Source: Gaiellales bacterium
GTDB taxonomy: Bacteria; Actinomycetota; Thermoleophilia; Gaiellales; JAICJC01
Assembly: GCA_038212095.1 (NCBI GenBank)
Contig: JBBQUW010000007.1
Coordinates: forward strand, 49,945-113,944
Length of the DNA: 64,000 nt
Direction of reading: 5' to 3'
The notes under the pieces: model-generated
Told to the model about the DNA's origin: nothing
Database searches by the model: none
What the model saw: only the letters and a program-made list of their open reading frames with translations
Position numbers and translations under genes: made by a program
Shown here: one piece after another, positions 43,979-54,095 of the stretch
Layout of the letters: each line of letters opens with the position of its first letter
Position numbering within the stretch: the stretch's first letter is position 1

Positions 43979-44985
43979 AGCTGGTGCTGCTGGCGGGCGT
44001 GATCGCGATGCTGATGTCGATCGCCGCCGGACCCGCGTTCATAGCCTTCGTCCACCGCCGGTCGCTTGGCCAACATATTCGCGAGGACGGTCCCGCCGGG
44101 CACATGTCCAAGCAGGGCACGCCGACGATGGGCGGGCTGATCCTGCTGGCCTGTGCGCTGCTGACGTTCGCGGTGCTGACCAAGCGCACGACGCCTGCGC
44201 TGACGGTGGCCGGGGTCACCCTGGCCTGCGCCGCGATCGGCTTCATCGATGACTGGCTGAAGCTGGCCCGGCGGCGCTCGCTGGGCCTGTCTGGACGCTG
44301 GAAGATGCTGCTGCTGATCGGCGTCACCGCCGGGTTGGGCTACGTCGCGCACCGCCAGCACCTCTCGACCGATGTCTACCTGCCGCTGATCGACGTCCGA
44401 CTGGAGCTGGGGCCGCTGTACTACGGCCTGCTGTTCCTGGTCGTGGCCGGCGGCGCCAACGCCGTCAACCTGACCGATGGGCTGGACGGCCTGGCGGCCG
44501 GCACGATGACGATCGCCATGCTCACGTATACCGCGATGATGGTGGTGGCGTTCCTGTCCAGGCATGGCCTGACCGCCGAGGGCGACACCAGCCGCATCGA
44601 CCTGGCGATCATGGGCGCGGCGCTGGTCGGCGGTTGCGTCGGCTTCCTCTGGTACAACGCGTACCCGGCCGACGTCTTCATGGGTGACACGGGATCGTTC
44701 GGGCTGGGCGGTGCGCTGGCCGCGATGTCGGTGTTTACCAAGACCGAGTTCCTGCTCGTGCTGATCGGCGGCGTGTTCGTGGTCGAGGCGCTGTCGGTGG
44801 CGATCCAGGTGCTGTGGTTCAAGACCACGCGCAAGCGGGTGTTCCTGATGGCGCCGATCCATCACCACTTCGAGATGCTGGAGTGGACAGAGAACAAGAT
44901 CATCGTGCGGTTCTGGATCCTGGCCTCGATCTGCGGTGCCAGCGGCTTTGTCCTCTACTACCTGGCGTACTCGAAGTACCGGTGA
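43975..44985 (+). CDS. mraY: Phospho-MurNAc-pentapeptide translocase
   Basis: NLTDGLDGLA and MGDTGSFGLGG motifs, polytopic. Start trimmed to GTG43975 (GTGA overlap). Confidence 0.95.
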   Translation: MKLVLLAGVIAMLMSIAAGPAFIAFVHRRSLGQHIREDGPAGHMSKQGTPTMGGLILLACALLTFAVLTKRTTPALTVAGVTLACAAIGFIDDWLKLARRRSLGLSGRWKMLLLIGVTAGLGYVAHRQHLSTDVYLPLIDVRLELGPLYYGLLFLVVAGGANAVNLTDGLDGLAAGTMTIAMLTYTAMMVVAFLSRHGLTAEGDTSRIDLAIMGAALVGGCVGFLWYNAYPADVFMGDTGSFGLGGALAAMSVFTKTEFLLVLIGGVFVVEALSVAIQVLWFKTTRKRVFLMAPIHHHFEMLEWTENKIIVRFWILASICGASGFVLYYLAYSKYR

Positions 44986-46268
44986 GTGAGGGCCGCTACC
45001 TGGTGCTCGGGCTGCGCCGCTCCGGGCTGGCGGCCTGCGAGGCGATCTCCCGCTGCTGGCCGTCCGCGACGGTGATCGCGGTCGACGACGCGCCGGACGT
45101 CGACGTCGCGAGGCTTTCCGCGCTGGGGATCGAATATCGCGTTGGAGGCAAGGACGTGTCCATGCAGGCGTTGACAGCCGTGATCAAGAGCCCCGGCGTG
45201 CCGGGCGACGTGCCGCTGCTCGAGCGGGCGCGAGCGGCCGGCGTGCCGGTGTGGAGCGAGGTTGAGCTGGCGGCCCGGATGCTCCCCAACCCGATCGTCG
45301 GCGTCACCGGCACCAACGGCAAGACCACCACCACCGAGCTGATCGGCGCGATGCTGCGGGAGGGCGGGCTGGGCGTCGAGGTGGCCGGCAACGTCGGGCG
45401 CGCCCTGTCGGAGCTGCCCGGCCGGGCGGCCGAGGACGCCTGGGTGGTGTGCGAGCTGTCCAGCTTCCAGCTCGAGGACATCGAGCAGCTGCGCTGCCGG
45501 GTGGCGGTGGTGCTGAACATCACCCCCGATCACCTGGACCGGCACGGCACGATCGAGCAGTACCGCGCCAGCAAACTGCGCATCATGGAGAACCAGACCG
45601 GCGACGACACGGCGGTGTTGAACGGCGACGACCCGCTGCTGCGGGGCGGCGCGCTGCCCGGCGCTGCGCGGCAGGTGTGGTTCGACCGCTCCCAGTCCGA
45701 CCGGGTCGACTGGGAACATGCCGTGATACGTGGCGACCATAATCTGGAGAACTCGATCGCCGCGGCGGCCGCCGCGGAGGCTGTCGGCGTGTCGCGTGCC
45801 GACCGCGACCGCGCGCTGCGTGCGTTCGTCTCTCCGCCGCACCGGCTGCAGCAGGTCGCCGACCGGGCCGGCGTGCGCTTCGTCGACGACTCCAAGGCCA
45901 CGAACCCGGAGGCGGCGATCAAGGCGCTGACCGCATTTGACCATGGGGTGCACCTGATCCTGGGCGGATCGTCGAAGGGCGGCTCGTTCGATCCGCTCGC
46001 GCGGGCGGTCGCGTCCGGCCCGGTGTCCACGGTCGACCTGACCGGCGACGCCGCCCAGGCGATCGCTTCGTCGCTGGACGCGGCCGGCGTGCGCTACCGT
46101 CGCCATCGCCGGCTGGCCGAGGCGGTCACCGCCGCCGCCGCTGATGCGCGGCCGGGTGACACCGTGTTGCTGTCGCCCGCCTGTGCCAGCTTCGACGAGT
46201 TCCGCGACTACGTTCACCGCGGTGAGGTCTTCGCCGAGCTGGCGGGGGAGGTGCCGGTTGGTCGGTGA
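44982..46268 (+). CDS. murD: UDP-MurNAc-L-Ala:D-Glu ligase
   Basis: GVTGTNGKTTT P-loop. Start trimmed to GTG44982 (GTGA overlap). Confidence 0.95.
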   Translation: MSEGRYLVLGLRRSGLAACEAISRCWPSATVIAVDDAPDVDVARLSALGIEYRVGGKDVSMQALTAVIKSPGVPGDVPLLERARAAGVPVWSEVELAARMLPNPIVGVTGTNGKTTTTELIGAMLREGGLGVEVAGNVGRALSELPGRAAEDAWVVCELSSFQLEDIEQLRCRVAVVLNITPDHLDRHGTIEQYRASKLRIMENQTGDDTAVLNGDDPLLRGGALPGAARQVWFDRSQSDRVDWEHAVIRGDHNLENSIAAAAAAEAVGVSRADRDRALRAFVSPPHRLQQVADRAGVRFVDDSKATNPEAAIKALTAFDHGVHLILGGSSKGGSFDPLARAVASGPVSTVDLTGDAAQAIASSLDAAGVRYRRHRRLAEAVTAAAADARPGDTVLLSPACASFDEFRDYVHRGEVFAELAGEVPVGR

Positions 46269-47547
46269 CGTGCAGCGCGCGCGCCGCCGCGCGGCCCGCT
46301 CGAGCCCGATGCTCGAGTACCACCTGCTGCTGCTGGTGACGCTCGGCCTGGTCGCGTTCGGCCTGATCATGGTCTACAGCGCGTCCAGCGGCACCGCGGT
46401 CGTGCAGGGGCAGGATCCAGTCGGCGTGCTGGCCAAGCAGGGCATGTACGCCGTGGTGGGCGTGATCCTGATGCTGGTGCTGGCCCGTTTCAACTACCGC
46501 CGCCTGCGCTACTTCGCGGCGCCGTTCCTGCTGATAGCGATCGCGCTGCTGGTTGCCGTCAAGATTCCCCACGTCGGCGTGACGCTGAACGGCGCCCAAC
46601 GATGGATCTATCTGGGGCCGATCTCGATCCAGCCGTCCGAGATCGCAAAGGGTGCGGTGCTGGTGTTCGCGGCCGCCGTGCTGGCGTCGCGCAAGCGCCC
46701 CCCGCGCACGTTGAGGCAGCTGTTCAACCCCGTCGGTGCGGTCGTGCTGGTGGTGCTAGTGCTGATCCACTCCCAGCCCGACCTGGGCACCACGATCGCG
46801 ATCTCACTGATGGTGTGCAGCATCCTGCTGGTGGCCGGGACGCCGTATCGGCTGTTCATCAGCGTGGCACTGGTGGGCGTGTCCGGCGTCGCCTATACGG
46901 TGGCGCGGCAGCCGTACCAGATGGATCGCATCCGCACGGTCCTCGACCCGTGGCAGGATCCGGCCGGCACCGGCTACCAGAGCATCCAGGCGCTGCTGGC
47001 ATTGGGGTCGGGTGGCATCTGGGGTGTCGGTCTGGGCAACGGTACCCAGAAGCTCGGCTTCCTGCCGGAGGCGCCCACCGACATGATCGGGGCCGTGATC
47101 GGCGAAGAACTGGGGTTGGTGGGAATCATGGCGACCGTGATGGCATTCGCGCTGTTCACCGCCCTCGGCTACCGGGTCGCGCTGCGATGCCGCGATCCGT
47201 TCGGCAAGTACCTGGCGGCCGGCGCCACCTCGCTGGTGGCGGGGCAGGCGATCGTCAACTTCGGCGCGGTGCTCGGCTTCCTGCCCTTGACCGGCGTGCC
47301 GCTGCCGCTGATAAGCTCAGGCGGGTCGAGCCTTGTGGTGATGCTCGGCGTGGTTGGTGTCATGCTGAACGTCGCCGAATCGACCGCGACCGCGCGTGGC
47401 GCCGCCGCCAAACCGCGGCGCGAGGCGAAGGATGGCAAGGCGACCGAACCCCCCAAGCGTGCAGAGCCCACGCGTGCTGATCGCCGCAGGCGGAACGGCG
47501 GGACACGTCGTACCGGCGCTGGCGGTGGCCGGCGAGCTGCGGGCTAG
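46258..47547 (+). CDS. ftsW: SEDS-family peptidoglycan polymerase FtsW
   Basis: Polytopic SEDS pattern (VMVYSAS-like IMVYSAS, PSEIAKGAVLVF, LPLISSGGSS). TTG46258 has GGAGG at 6-nt spacing. GTG46270 and ATG46309 are alternative starts. Confidence 0.9.
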   Translation: MVGDVQRARRRAARSSPMLEYHLLLLVTLGLVAFGLIMVYSASSGTAVVQGQDPVGVLAKQGMYAVVGVILMLVLARFNYRRLRYFAAPFLLIAIALLVAVKIPHVGVTLNGAQRWIYLGPISIQPSEIAKGAVLVFAAAVLASRKRPPRTLRQLFNPVGAVVLVVLVLIHSQPDLGTTIAISLMVCSILLVAGTPYRLFISVALVGVSGVAYTVARQPYQMDRIRTVLDPWQDPAGTGYQSIQALLALGSGGIWGVGLGNGTQKLGFLPEAPTDMIGAVIGEELGLVGIMATVMAFALFTALGYRVALRCRDPFGKYLAAGATSLVAGQAIVNFGAVLGFLPLTGVPLPLISSGGSSLVVMLGVVGVMLNVAESTATARGAAAKPRREAKDGKATEPPKRAEPTRADRRRRNGGTRRTGAGGGRRAAG

Positions 47548-48496
47548 AGGCGCCCACGTCGAGTTCGCGGGCGGAGACCGCGTCGAGGCTGAGATGGTGC
47601 CCGCCGCCGGCTATCCGTTCCACCAGTTCGCGATCGGCGGCTTCCCGCGCCGCGCCTCGCCGCAGCTCGCACGCGCGCTGCTGCGGGCGGGTGCTGCTCC
47701 GATCGCCTGCCGGCGGATCATCTCTCGGGTGCGTCCAGACGTCGTGTTCGGCGCCGGCGGCTACGTCTCGGGGCCGATGCTGGCGGCGGCCGCGACCTCG
47801 CGGCTGCCCGGTGCGCTGCTTGAGGTCGACGCCCACATGGGCGTCGCGAACCGGCTGGCCGCGCCGTTGGTGCGGCGCATCTACCTGGCGTTTCCGATCC
47901 ACCGCAGCGACGGCAAGTTTCTGGTCACCGGGCGGCCGATCGGGAGCCTCACCGTCCGGTCGACGGCCGCGTGGCAGGAGGATGTGCTGGTGGTGGGCGG
48001 CAGCCTCGGCGCCACCCACCTCAACCAGGTGGCCGCCGCGGCGTGGGCCGACGCCGATCCCGGTTTCCGGGTGACGCACATCACCGGCGAACGCGACCTC
48101 GGCCGGTACGAGAGCCTGTCGAGCGACTGGTACCAGGTGCGCGGCTTCATCCCGGATCTGCTGGCGACGATGCGAGGCAGCGCTCCCAAGCTGGTCGTGT
48201 CGCGGGCCGGCGGCGTCGTGTTCGAGATCGCTGCCGCGGGCTGTCCGGCGATCCTGATCCCGTCCCCCAACGTGACCGCCGACCACCAGACGGCCAACGC
48301 CGGCTACCTGGAGCGGGCCGGTGCGGCGAAGGTGATCGCTGACGCCGACCTGACGCCGCGGCTGCTCGATGCCACCGTCCGGGGCCTGTTGGCGGATTCC
48401 GCCCGGCTGGACGAGATGTCGGCTGCGGCCCGGGACTGGGCGCGGCCGGACGCCGCAGTCAGGATCGCCGACGACCTGCTAACACTTGCACGATGA
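47432..48496 (+). CDS. murG: UDP-GlcNAc:lipid I GlcNAc transferase
   Basis: AAGGTAGHVVPALAVA N-terminus. ATG47432 has GAGG at 6-nt spacing and overlaps the ftsW tail by 116 nt. GTG47459 and GTG47474 are alternatives. Confidence 0.9.
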   Translation: MARRPNPPSVQSPRVLIAAGGTAGHVVPALAVAGELRARGAHVEFAGGDRVEAEMVPAAGYPFHQFAIGGFPRRASPQLARALLRAGAAPIACRRIISRVRPDVVFGAGGYVSGPMLAAAATSRLPGALLEVDAHMGVANRLAAPLVRRIYLAFPIHRSDGKFLVTGRPIGSLTVRSTAAWQEDVLVVGGSLGATHLNQVAAAAWADADPGFRVTHITGERDLGRYESLSSDWYQVRGFIPDLLATMRGSAPKLVVSRAGGVVFEIAAAGCPAILIPSPNVTADHQTANAGYLERAGAAKVIADADLTPRLLDATVRGLLADSARLDEMSAAARDWARPDAAVRIADDLLTLAR

Positions 48497-49842
48497 GCTT
48501 CGCCGACCGCCGCCTTCACATGATCGGGATCGGGGGCGCCGGCGTCTCGGCGCTGGCCACGGTTGCCTACGCCTGGGGCGCGGACGTGTCCGGCTGCGAC
48601 CAGGCGCCGTCGATCTACTCCCAACGGCTGCAGAGGTTCGGCGTGCCGGTCTCGATCGGCCATGACCGGGCGCACCTCTCGCCGGGAGTCGAGGTGGTCG
48701 TCTCCTCGGCGATCGCGGCCGACGAGCCGGAGCTGCTGGCGGCGCGAGAGCTGGGACTTCCGCGACTGCATCGGGCGCAGCTGCTGGCCGAGATGGTCGC
48801 TTCGCGGCGCTCGATCTGCGTGGCCGGTGCGCACGGCAAGACCACCACCTCGGCCATGATCGCCTTCGCGGCCCAGCGGCTGGGGCTCGATCCGACGTTC
48901 CTGATCGGCGGCGAGGTGCCTCAGCTGGGCGGCAACGCGGGCCCCGGCTCGGGCACCCTGCTGGTTGCCGAGGCGGACGAGTCGGACGGCTCGCTCTCGC
49001 TGCTGCGACCGCGGGTCGCCGTGGTCACCAACATCGAGCTCGACCACCATGCCCGCTTCGCCTCGCTGGACGAGCTGCGCCAGCTGTTCGCCGATTGGGC
49101 GACCGAGCTGCCGCAACGCGGGACGCTGGTGGCGCACGAATCGGTCACGTTGCCAACGCAGGCGAATGTCGTCCACTACGGCTACGGCGAGGTGGAGTGG
49201 CAGGTGAGCGCGGTCGAGCAGGGGGGTGGCCGCACCGGCTGCTGGCTGCGCACGCCGGAAGGCGTGCCGGTGCACGTCTCGCTCGAGCTCGCGGGCGCGC
49301 ACAACGCGCTGAACGCCGCGGCCGCGATCGCCGCCCTGCACGCGGCTGCGGGCGTGCAGGCGGCCGACGCCGCCGCTGCGCTGGCTGGCTTTACAGGGGT
49401 CGGCCGCCGTTTCGAGCTGCGCGGCCGGCGGGCGGGGGCCTGGATCGTCGATGACTACGCCCACCATCCCACCGAGGTCGCCGCCACCATCGCCGCCGCC
49501 CGAGCCTGGACGCCTGGCCGGGTGGTCGTCTGCTTCCAACCGCACCTCTACTCGCGCACCGAGGCGCTGGCACGGGAGTTCGGCACCGCGCTGTCCGCTG
49601 CGGACGAGGTTGTGGTGACAGAGATCTACGCCGCACGCGAGCAACCGCTGGCGGGCGTCACCGCCAAGCTGGTGGTGGACGCGGTCAGCGAGCGGCGACC
49701 GGGAATGCCGCTGGCCTACCAGCCGGGCGTCGAGGCCAGCGCCCGGTTCCTGGCGTCGCGTATCCGTGATGGCGACATGCTGCTGACGGTGGGAGCGGGC
49801 GACGTGCGGCGGGTGGGAGACCTGCTGCTGGAGATGGTGTGA
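48493..49842 (+). CDS. murC: UDP-MurNAc:L-alanine ligase
   Basis: GIGGAGVSALA and the GAHGKTTTSAM P-loop. ATGA overlap with murG. Confidence 0.95.
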   Translation: MSFADRRLHMIGIGGAGVSALATVAYAWGADVSGCDQAPSIYSQRLQRFGVPVSIGHDRAHLSPGVEVVVSSAIAADEPELLAARELGLPRLHRAQLLAEMVASRRSICVAGAHGKTTTSAMIAFAAQRLGLDPTFLIGGEVPQLGGNAGPGSGTLLVAEADESDGSLSLLRPRVAVVTNIELDHHARFASLDELRQLFADWATELPQRGTLVAHESVTLPTQANVVHYGYGEVEWQVSAVEQGGGRTGCWLRTPEGVPVHVSLELAGAHNALNAAAAIAALHAAAGVQAADAAAALAGFTGVGRRFELRGRRAGAWIVDDYAHHPTEVAATIAAARAWTPGRVVVCFQPHLYSRTEALAREFGTALSAADEVVVTEIYAAREQPLAGVTAKLVVDAVSERRPGMPLAYQPGVEASARFLASRIRDGDMLLTVGAGDVRRVGDLLLEMV

Positions 49843-50738
49843 CCACGCTGCCCGGCTTCATCGAGCAGGACGTGCCGATCTCGCGGCTGACAACGCTCGG
49901 CACCGGCGGGCCGGCGCGCTACTTCGGCCGGCCCGAGGATCTCGAGCAGCTCGCGGCGTTGCTCGAGTGGCGGGCCGAGCAGGGGCTGGCGATGGCGGTG
50001 ATCGGGCTGGGATCGAACCTGCTCGCGGCCGATGCGGGGTTCGACGGCCTGGTGGTGCGGCTGTCCGGCCGGCTGGCCGCGATCGAGCGGGATGGCACGG
50101 ACATCCGGTGCGGCGGCGGCGCCTCGCTGGCGGCGGTGGTCAAGCGGGCCTCGCAGTGGGGCTTGTCCGGCATCGAGTTCGGCTGCGCCATCCCGGGAAC
50201 GGTCGGCGGCGCCGTGCGAATGAACGCCGGCGCATACGGCGGCGAGATGTGCGACGTGCTCGCCGAGGCGCTGGTGATGGCGGCCGGTGGCGGACGCTCC
50301 GGCGGCCCGCAGCAGCTGGCGATGAGCTACCGCCGCTCCAACGTGACGGGCGATGAGGTGGTGGCTGAGGTCAGGCTCGCGCTGGCGGCCGGCGATCCGC
50401 AGTCGATCTCGGAGACGGTGCACGAGATGCAGCGCAGGCGCAAGCAGGCACAGCCGGGCGGGGTGAGGACGTTCGGAAGCGTGTGGAAGAATCCGTCACA
50501 GGAGATGACGGCGGGCATGCTGCTGGAGCGGTGTGGGCTGAAGGGGCTGGCGATCGGTGGCGCGCGCATCTCGCCCGTGCATGCAAACTTCATCGAGAAC
50601 ACAGGCGACGCTAGCTCGGCCGACGTGATCGCCCTGATGGTGGAGTGCCGGCGGCGCGCGCGAGACCAGTTCTCGGTCGTGCTCGAGCACGAGGTTCAGC
50701 TGCTGGGCGCGATCGAGCTGCCGTCCGACGCCGCCTGA
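49839..50738 (+). CDS. murB: UDP-N-acetylenolpyruvoylglucosamine reductase
   Basis: FAD-binding domain (TTLGTGGPARYF, GLGSNLL) and C-terminal MurB domain. GTGA overlap with murC. Confidence 0.9.
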   Translation: MTTLPGFIEQDVPISRLTTLGTGGPARYFGRPEDLEQLAALLEWRAEQGLAMAVIGLGSNLLAADAGFDGLVVRLSGRLAAIERDGTDIRCGGGASLAAVVKRASQWGLSGIEFGCAIPGTVGGAVRMNAGAYGGEMCDVLAEALVMAAGGGRSGGPQQLAMSYRRSNVTGDEVVAEVRLALAAGDPQSISETVHEMQRRRKQAQPGGVRTFGSVWKNPSQEMTAGMLLERCGLKGLAIGGARISPVHANFIENTGDASSADVIALMVECRRRARDQFSVVLEHEVQLLGAIELPSDAA

Positions 50739-50750
50739 CGCGACCGCCGC

Positions 50751-51602
50751 ATGGCAGGTATCTGCCCGCCGGCGTTGAATTCTCCCGTCGTGCAGCTCGT
50801 CTCGGGCATCGATGAAGCGTTCATGCTTCGCCGCCGCGAGCTCCTGCGAGAGCAGGGGCGGCGCCGGCTGGCGATCGTGCTGGCGATCGTGCTGGCGGTC
50901 GCGGCGGTCGCCGGCTACAAGCTGCTCGCGATGTCGTCGGCCTTTGCCGTCACCCAGGTGCAGGTGAGCGGGGCCAAGCCCTTGCTGGCGCGCGAGATCC
51001 ACGCCGCCGTCGAGTCGGTGGCCGGCGGGCGCAGCCTGCTGCAGGTCGACCGCGGCGCGATCGTCCGCAGGCTGGAGGCGATGCCCTACGTCCAGTCGGT
51101 CTCGATCGACCGGTCATTCCCTCACACGCTGGCAGTGCACGTCGTGGTCGAGCATCCGACCGTGGTCGTGATGGCCGGCCAGACCGGCTACCTTGTCTCC
51201 GCCGATGGCCGCGTGCTGGCCCAGACGGCGAAGGCGCCGGCGGCGTTGCCACGAGTGACCGCGGCCGGCACCACCGCGCTGACGGTTGGCCGCGACAACG
51301 GCGACGGAAGCGTCGCTGCGGCACTGCAGGTGCTGGCGGCGACGCCGCCCGGCTTCCGCAAGGGCGTGGGCCGGATCACGGCGTTGATCCCCGGGGCGGG
51401 AACGATTACGGCCGTGATCGGAAAGCACATCCAGCTGCGGCTGGGCGACACCAGCCAGCTGACCCTCAAGCTCGAGGTGGTGCAGCGCGTGATGCAGCGG
51501 ATCCGGGGTGCACAGCGCTCGGAGCTGGCCTACATCGATGTCAGCGCACCATCACGCCCAGCATACGGCATGCGGTCGTCCTTACCCTCAACTTCAGGGT
51601 GA
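50751..51602 (+). CDS. ftsQ: Cell-division protein FtsQ/DivIB
   Basis: Single TM (LAIVLAIVLAVAAVAGY), then a POTRA-like segment (VTQVQVSGAKPL...) and an FtsQ-type C-domain. Position before ftsZ. ATG50823 is an alternative start. Confidence 0.8.
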   Translation: MAGICPPALNSPVVQLVSGIDEAFMLRRRELLREQGRRRLAIVLAIVLAVAAVAGYKLLAMSSAFAVTQVQVSGAKPLLAREIHAAVESVAGGRSLLQVDRGAIVRRLEAMPYVQSVSIDRSFPHTLAVHVVVEHPTVVVMAGQTGYLVSADGRVLAQTAKAPAALPRVTAAGTTALTVGRDNGDGSVAAALQVLAATPPGFRKGVGRITALIPGAGTITAVIGKHIQLRLGDTSQLTLKLEVVQRVMQRIRGAQRSELAYIDVSAPSRPAYGMRSSLPSTSG

Positions 51603-51625
51603 GAGTTGCATCCATCAGGTTCGGC

Positions 51626-51654
51626 TTGACACCCAGGGTTGATCGGAGTACGCT
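51626..51654 (+). promoter_or_regulatory. Candidate ftsZ-proximal promoter
   Basis: Perfect TTGACA (51626-51631), a 17-nt spacer, then TACGCT (51649-51654, TANNNT). Located in the 181-bp ftsQ-ftsZ gap. Confidence 0.4.
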
Positions 51655-51783
51655 GGCAACGGTGCCCCGCGTCGTCCGGCAGGATCCGGTACGCCGTGCG
51701 GGCTCAACGTGTTTTTGGGAGTACTCTCAGGCTGACCGTCAGAGTGAGGCGGTGGCCGGTGCCGCGACGGAGGTTTCACAACC

Positions 51784-52869
51784 ATGAGGGATCAGAGTGG
51801 GAACTACCTGGCCGTGATCAAGGTCGTCGGGGTCGGCGGTGGAGGTACCAACGCCGTCAACCGGATGGTCGATGCCGGCCTTCGCGGCGTCGAGTTCATC
51901 GCCGTCAACACCGACGCTCAGGCGTTGCTGATGTGCGACGCCGACGTCAAGATCCACATCGGATCCAAGATCACGCGCGGCCTCGGCGCCGGCGCGGATC
52001 CCTCGATCGGCCGCGAGGCGGCGATGGAGAGCCGCGACGAGCTGAAGGAGGCGCTCAAGGGCGCCGACATGGTATTCGTGACCGCGGGCAAGGGCGGCGG
52101 CACCGGCACAGGCGCCGCGCCGGTGATCGCCGAGATCGCGCGAGAACTGGGCTCGCTGACGGTCGGAGTAGTCACGCGTCCATTCGGATTCGAGGGACGC
52201 AAGCGCGGCGATCAGGCCGACCAGGGCATCCGCACGCTGCGCGAGAAGGTCGACACGCTGATCATCATTCCCAACGACCGCCTGCTGCAGGTGGTCGAGA
52301 AGCGCACGTCGATCGTGGATGCGTTCCGGATCGCCGACGATGTTCTGCGCCAGGGCGTGCAGGGGATCACCGACCTGATCACGGTGCCGGGCCTGATCAA
52401 CCTCGACTTTGCCGACGTGCGCACCATTATGCGCGAGGCAGGTTCGGCGCTGATGGGCATCGGTCTCGCCAGCGGCGAGAACCGCGCCGCCGAGGCCGCC
52501 CGGGCTGCCATCTCATCGCCGTTGCTGGAGGCGTCGGTGGAGGGTGCGACCGGCATCCTGCTGAACATCACCGGCGGCGCCGACCTTGGCCTGTTCGAGG
52601 TCAACGAGGCGGCCGAGATCATCGGCAGCGCCTCCGACTCGGATGCGAACATCATCTTCGGCGCGGTGATCGACGAGGCGATGGCCGATCAGGTGCGTGT
52701 GACCGTGATCGCGACCGGGTTCGACCGTTCGTCCAAGTCGCGGCCTGCGGCCGCCTTTGCGACCGGCACACGGGAGACTCCGTCGCGGAAGCTCGAAGAC
52801 ACCAGCACCGGTGAGTTCGAGCTGCCCAAGGAGGCGCTCGAGATCCCCAGCTTCCTGCGCGAGCAGTAG
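51784..52869 (+). CDS. ftsZ: Cell-division GTPase FtsZ
   Basis: [11 protein letters not shown] and the tubulin signature [12 protein letters not shown]-terminal conserved peptide LEIPSFLR. Confidence 0.98.
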   Translation: MRDQSGNYLAVIKVVGVGGGGTNAVNRMVDAGLRGVEFIAVNTDAQALLMCDADVKIHIGSKITRGLGAGADPSIGREAAMESRDELKEALKGADMVFVTAGKGGGTGTGAAPVIAEIARELGSLTVGVVTRPFGFEGRKRGDQADQGIRTLREKVDTLIIIPNDRLLQVVEKRTSIVDAFRIADDVLRQGVQGITDLITVPGLINLDFADVRTIMREAGSALMGIGLASGENRAAEAARAAISSPLLEASVEGATGILLNITGGADLGLFEVNEAAEIIGSASDSDANIIFGAVIDEAMADQVRVTVIATGFDRSSKSRPAAAFATGTRETPSRKLEDTSTGEFELPKEALEIPSFLREQ

Positions 52870-53027
52870 CCGCGCACGGCCCGCTGAGACGGCCTGTTTC
52901 TCGGTAATATCAGTGCACGCCCGAGTGGCCGAACGGCCTCCACTCGATCCTTGTCGCCGGCTCCCTGGCGGCAGGCCGGCTGCCGAGGCACCTGTTGACT
53001 CGGGCACTGTGTAGACTGCTCTTCCGG

Positions 53028-54095
53028 ATGGCTGAGGAGACCGCGCTACGCCGGACCCCGCTCTACGACCGCCACGTCGCGGCCGGTGCGCGCATCGTTC
53101 CGTTCGCGGGCTGGGAGATGCCGGTGCAGTATCAGGGCATCATCCCCGAGCACCTCGCCGTACGTACGGCGGCGGGACTGTTCGACGTCTCGCACATGGG
53201 GCAGCTGGAGCTGCGCGGGCCGGGCGCGCTGGAGTCCTGCCAGCAGATGCTGTCCAACGATCTCCGTCGGATCGCGGCCGGCCATGCGCAGTACACGCTG
53301 CTTCTGAACGAGGCCGGCCGGCCGGTCGACGACCTGATCGTCTACCGGTTTGCCGACGACCACCTGCTGCTGGTGGTCAATGCCTCGCGCGTCGACGACG
53401 ATCGCGGCTGGCTGGCAGATCACCTGCCCGACGGCGTGGCGCTGGACGACCGGTCGGCCGAGATGGCGATGCTCGCGCTGCAGGGGCCGACATCGCTGGG
53501 CCTGGTGGAGCTGCCCGAGCTCGAGCCGTTCGCCTTCGTCCAGGCCGACGTCTGCGGCGTCCCCGCGATCGTCGCCCGCACCGGCTACACGGGCGAGCCG
53601 GGAGTGGAGCTGATGGTGGCCGGCGAGCGGGCGGCGGAGCTGTGGGATGCGATCGTCGCCGCCGGCGCGACTCCCTGCGGGCTGGGGGCGCGGGACACGT
53701 TGCGGCTCGAGGTCTGCTACCCCCTGTACGGCAACGATCTCTCGCTGGAGCGAACGGCGCTCGAGGCGGGACTGGGGTGGGTGTGCGCCCTCGACGCCAA
53801 GGAGTTCGTCGGCGCCGGTGCCCTTCGCGAGCAGCGGGCCGCCGGCGGGCACGACCGGCTGGTGGCTTTCACCATGTCTGAGCGTGGCATCCCCCGTCCG
53901 GGCATGGCGGTGCTACCGGCCGGCGTTGTCACCAGCGGCACCATGTCGCCGTCACTCGGCCTTGGTATCGGCATGGGCTACGTCCCCGCCGACGGCGCCG
54001 CGGTCGGCGGCGCGATCCAGATCGACGTGCGCGGCCGCCCTCTCGCGGCCGTGATCGCCAAGAAGCCACTGTACGTCAAGGAGACGACCGAATGA
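53028..54095 (+). CDS. gcvT: Glycine cleavage system aminomethyltransferase (T protein)
   Basis: TPLYDRHVAAGARIVPFAGWEMPVQY N-terminus and family-typical length. Start trimmed to ATG53028. Confidence 0.95.
   Translation: MAEETALRRTPLYDRHVAAGARIVPFAGWEMPVQYQGIIPEHLAVRTAAGLFDVSHMGQLELRGPGALESCQQMLSNDLRRIAAGHAQYTLLLNEAGRPVDDLIVYRFADDHLLLVVNASRVDDDRGWLADHLPDGVALDDRSAEMAMLALQGPTSLGLVELPELEPFAFVQADVCGVPAIVARTGYTGEPGVELMVAGERAAELWDAIVAAGATPCGLGARDTLRLEVCYPLYGNDLSLERTALEAGLGWVCALDAKEFVGAGALREQRAAGGHDRLVAFTMSERGIPRPGMAVLPAGVVTSGTMSPSLGLGIGMGYVPADGAAVGGAIQIDVRGRPLAAVIAKKPLYVKETTE

Noticed and set aside
52870-53027. Calling a canonical glycine riboswitch upstream of gcvT.
   Set aside because: The core strings are imperfect, and only 6 nt separate the would-be GCAA-like and CUCAGGCA-like elements, leaving no P3 stem. 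It is kept only as an unresolved leader that needs a covariance-model search.
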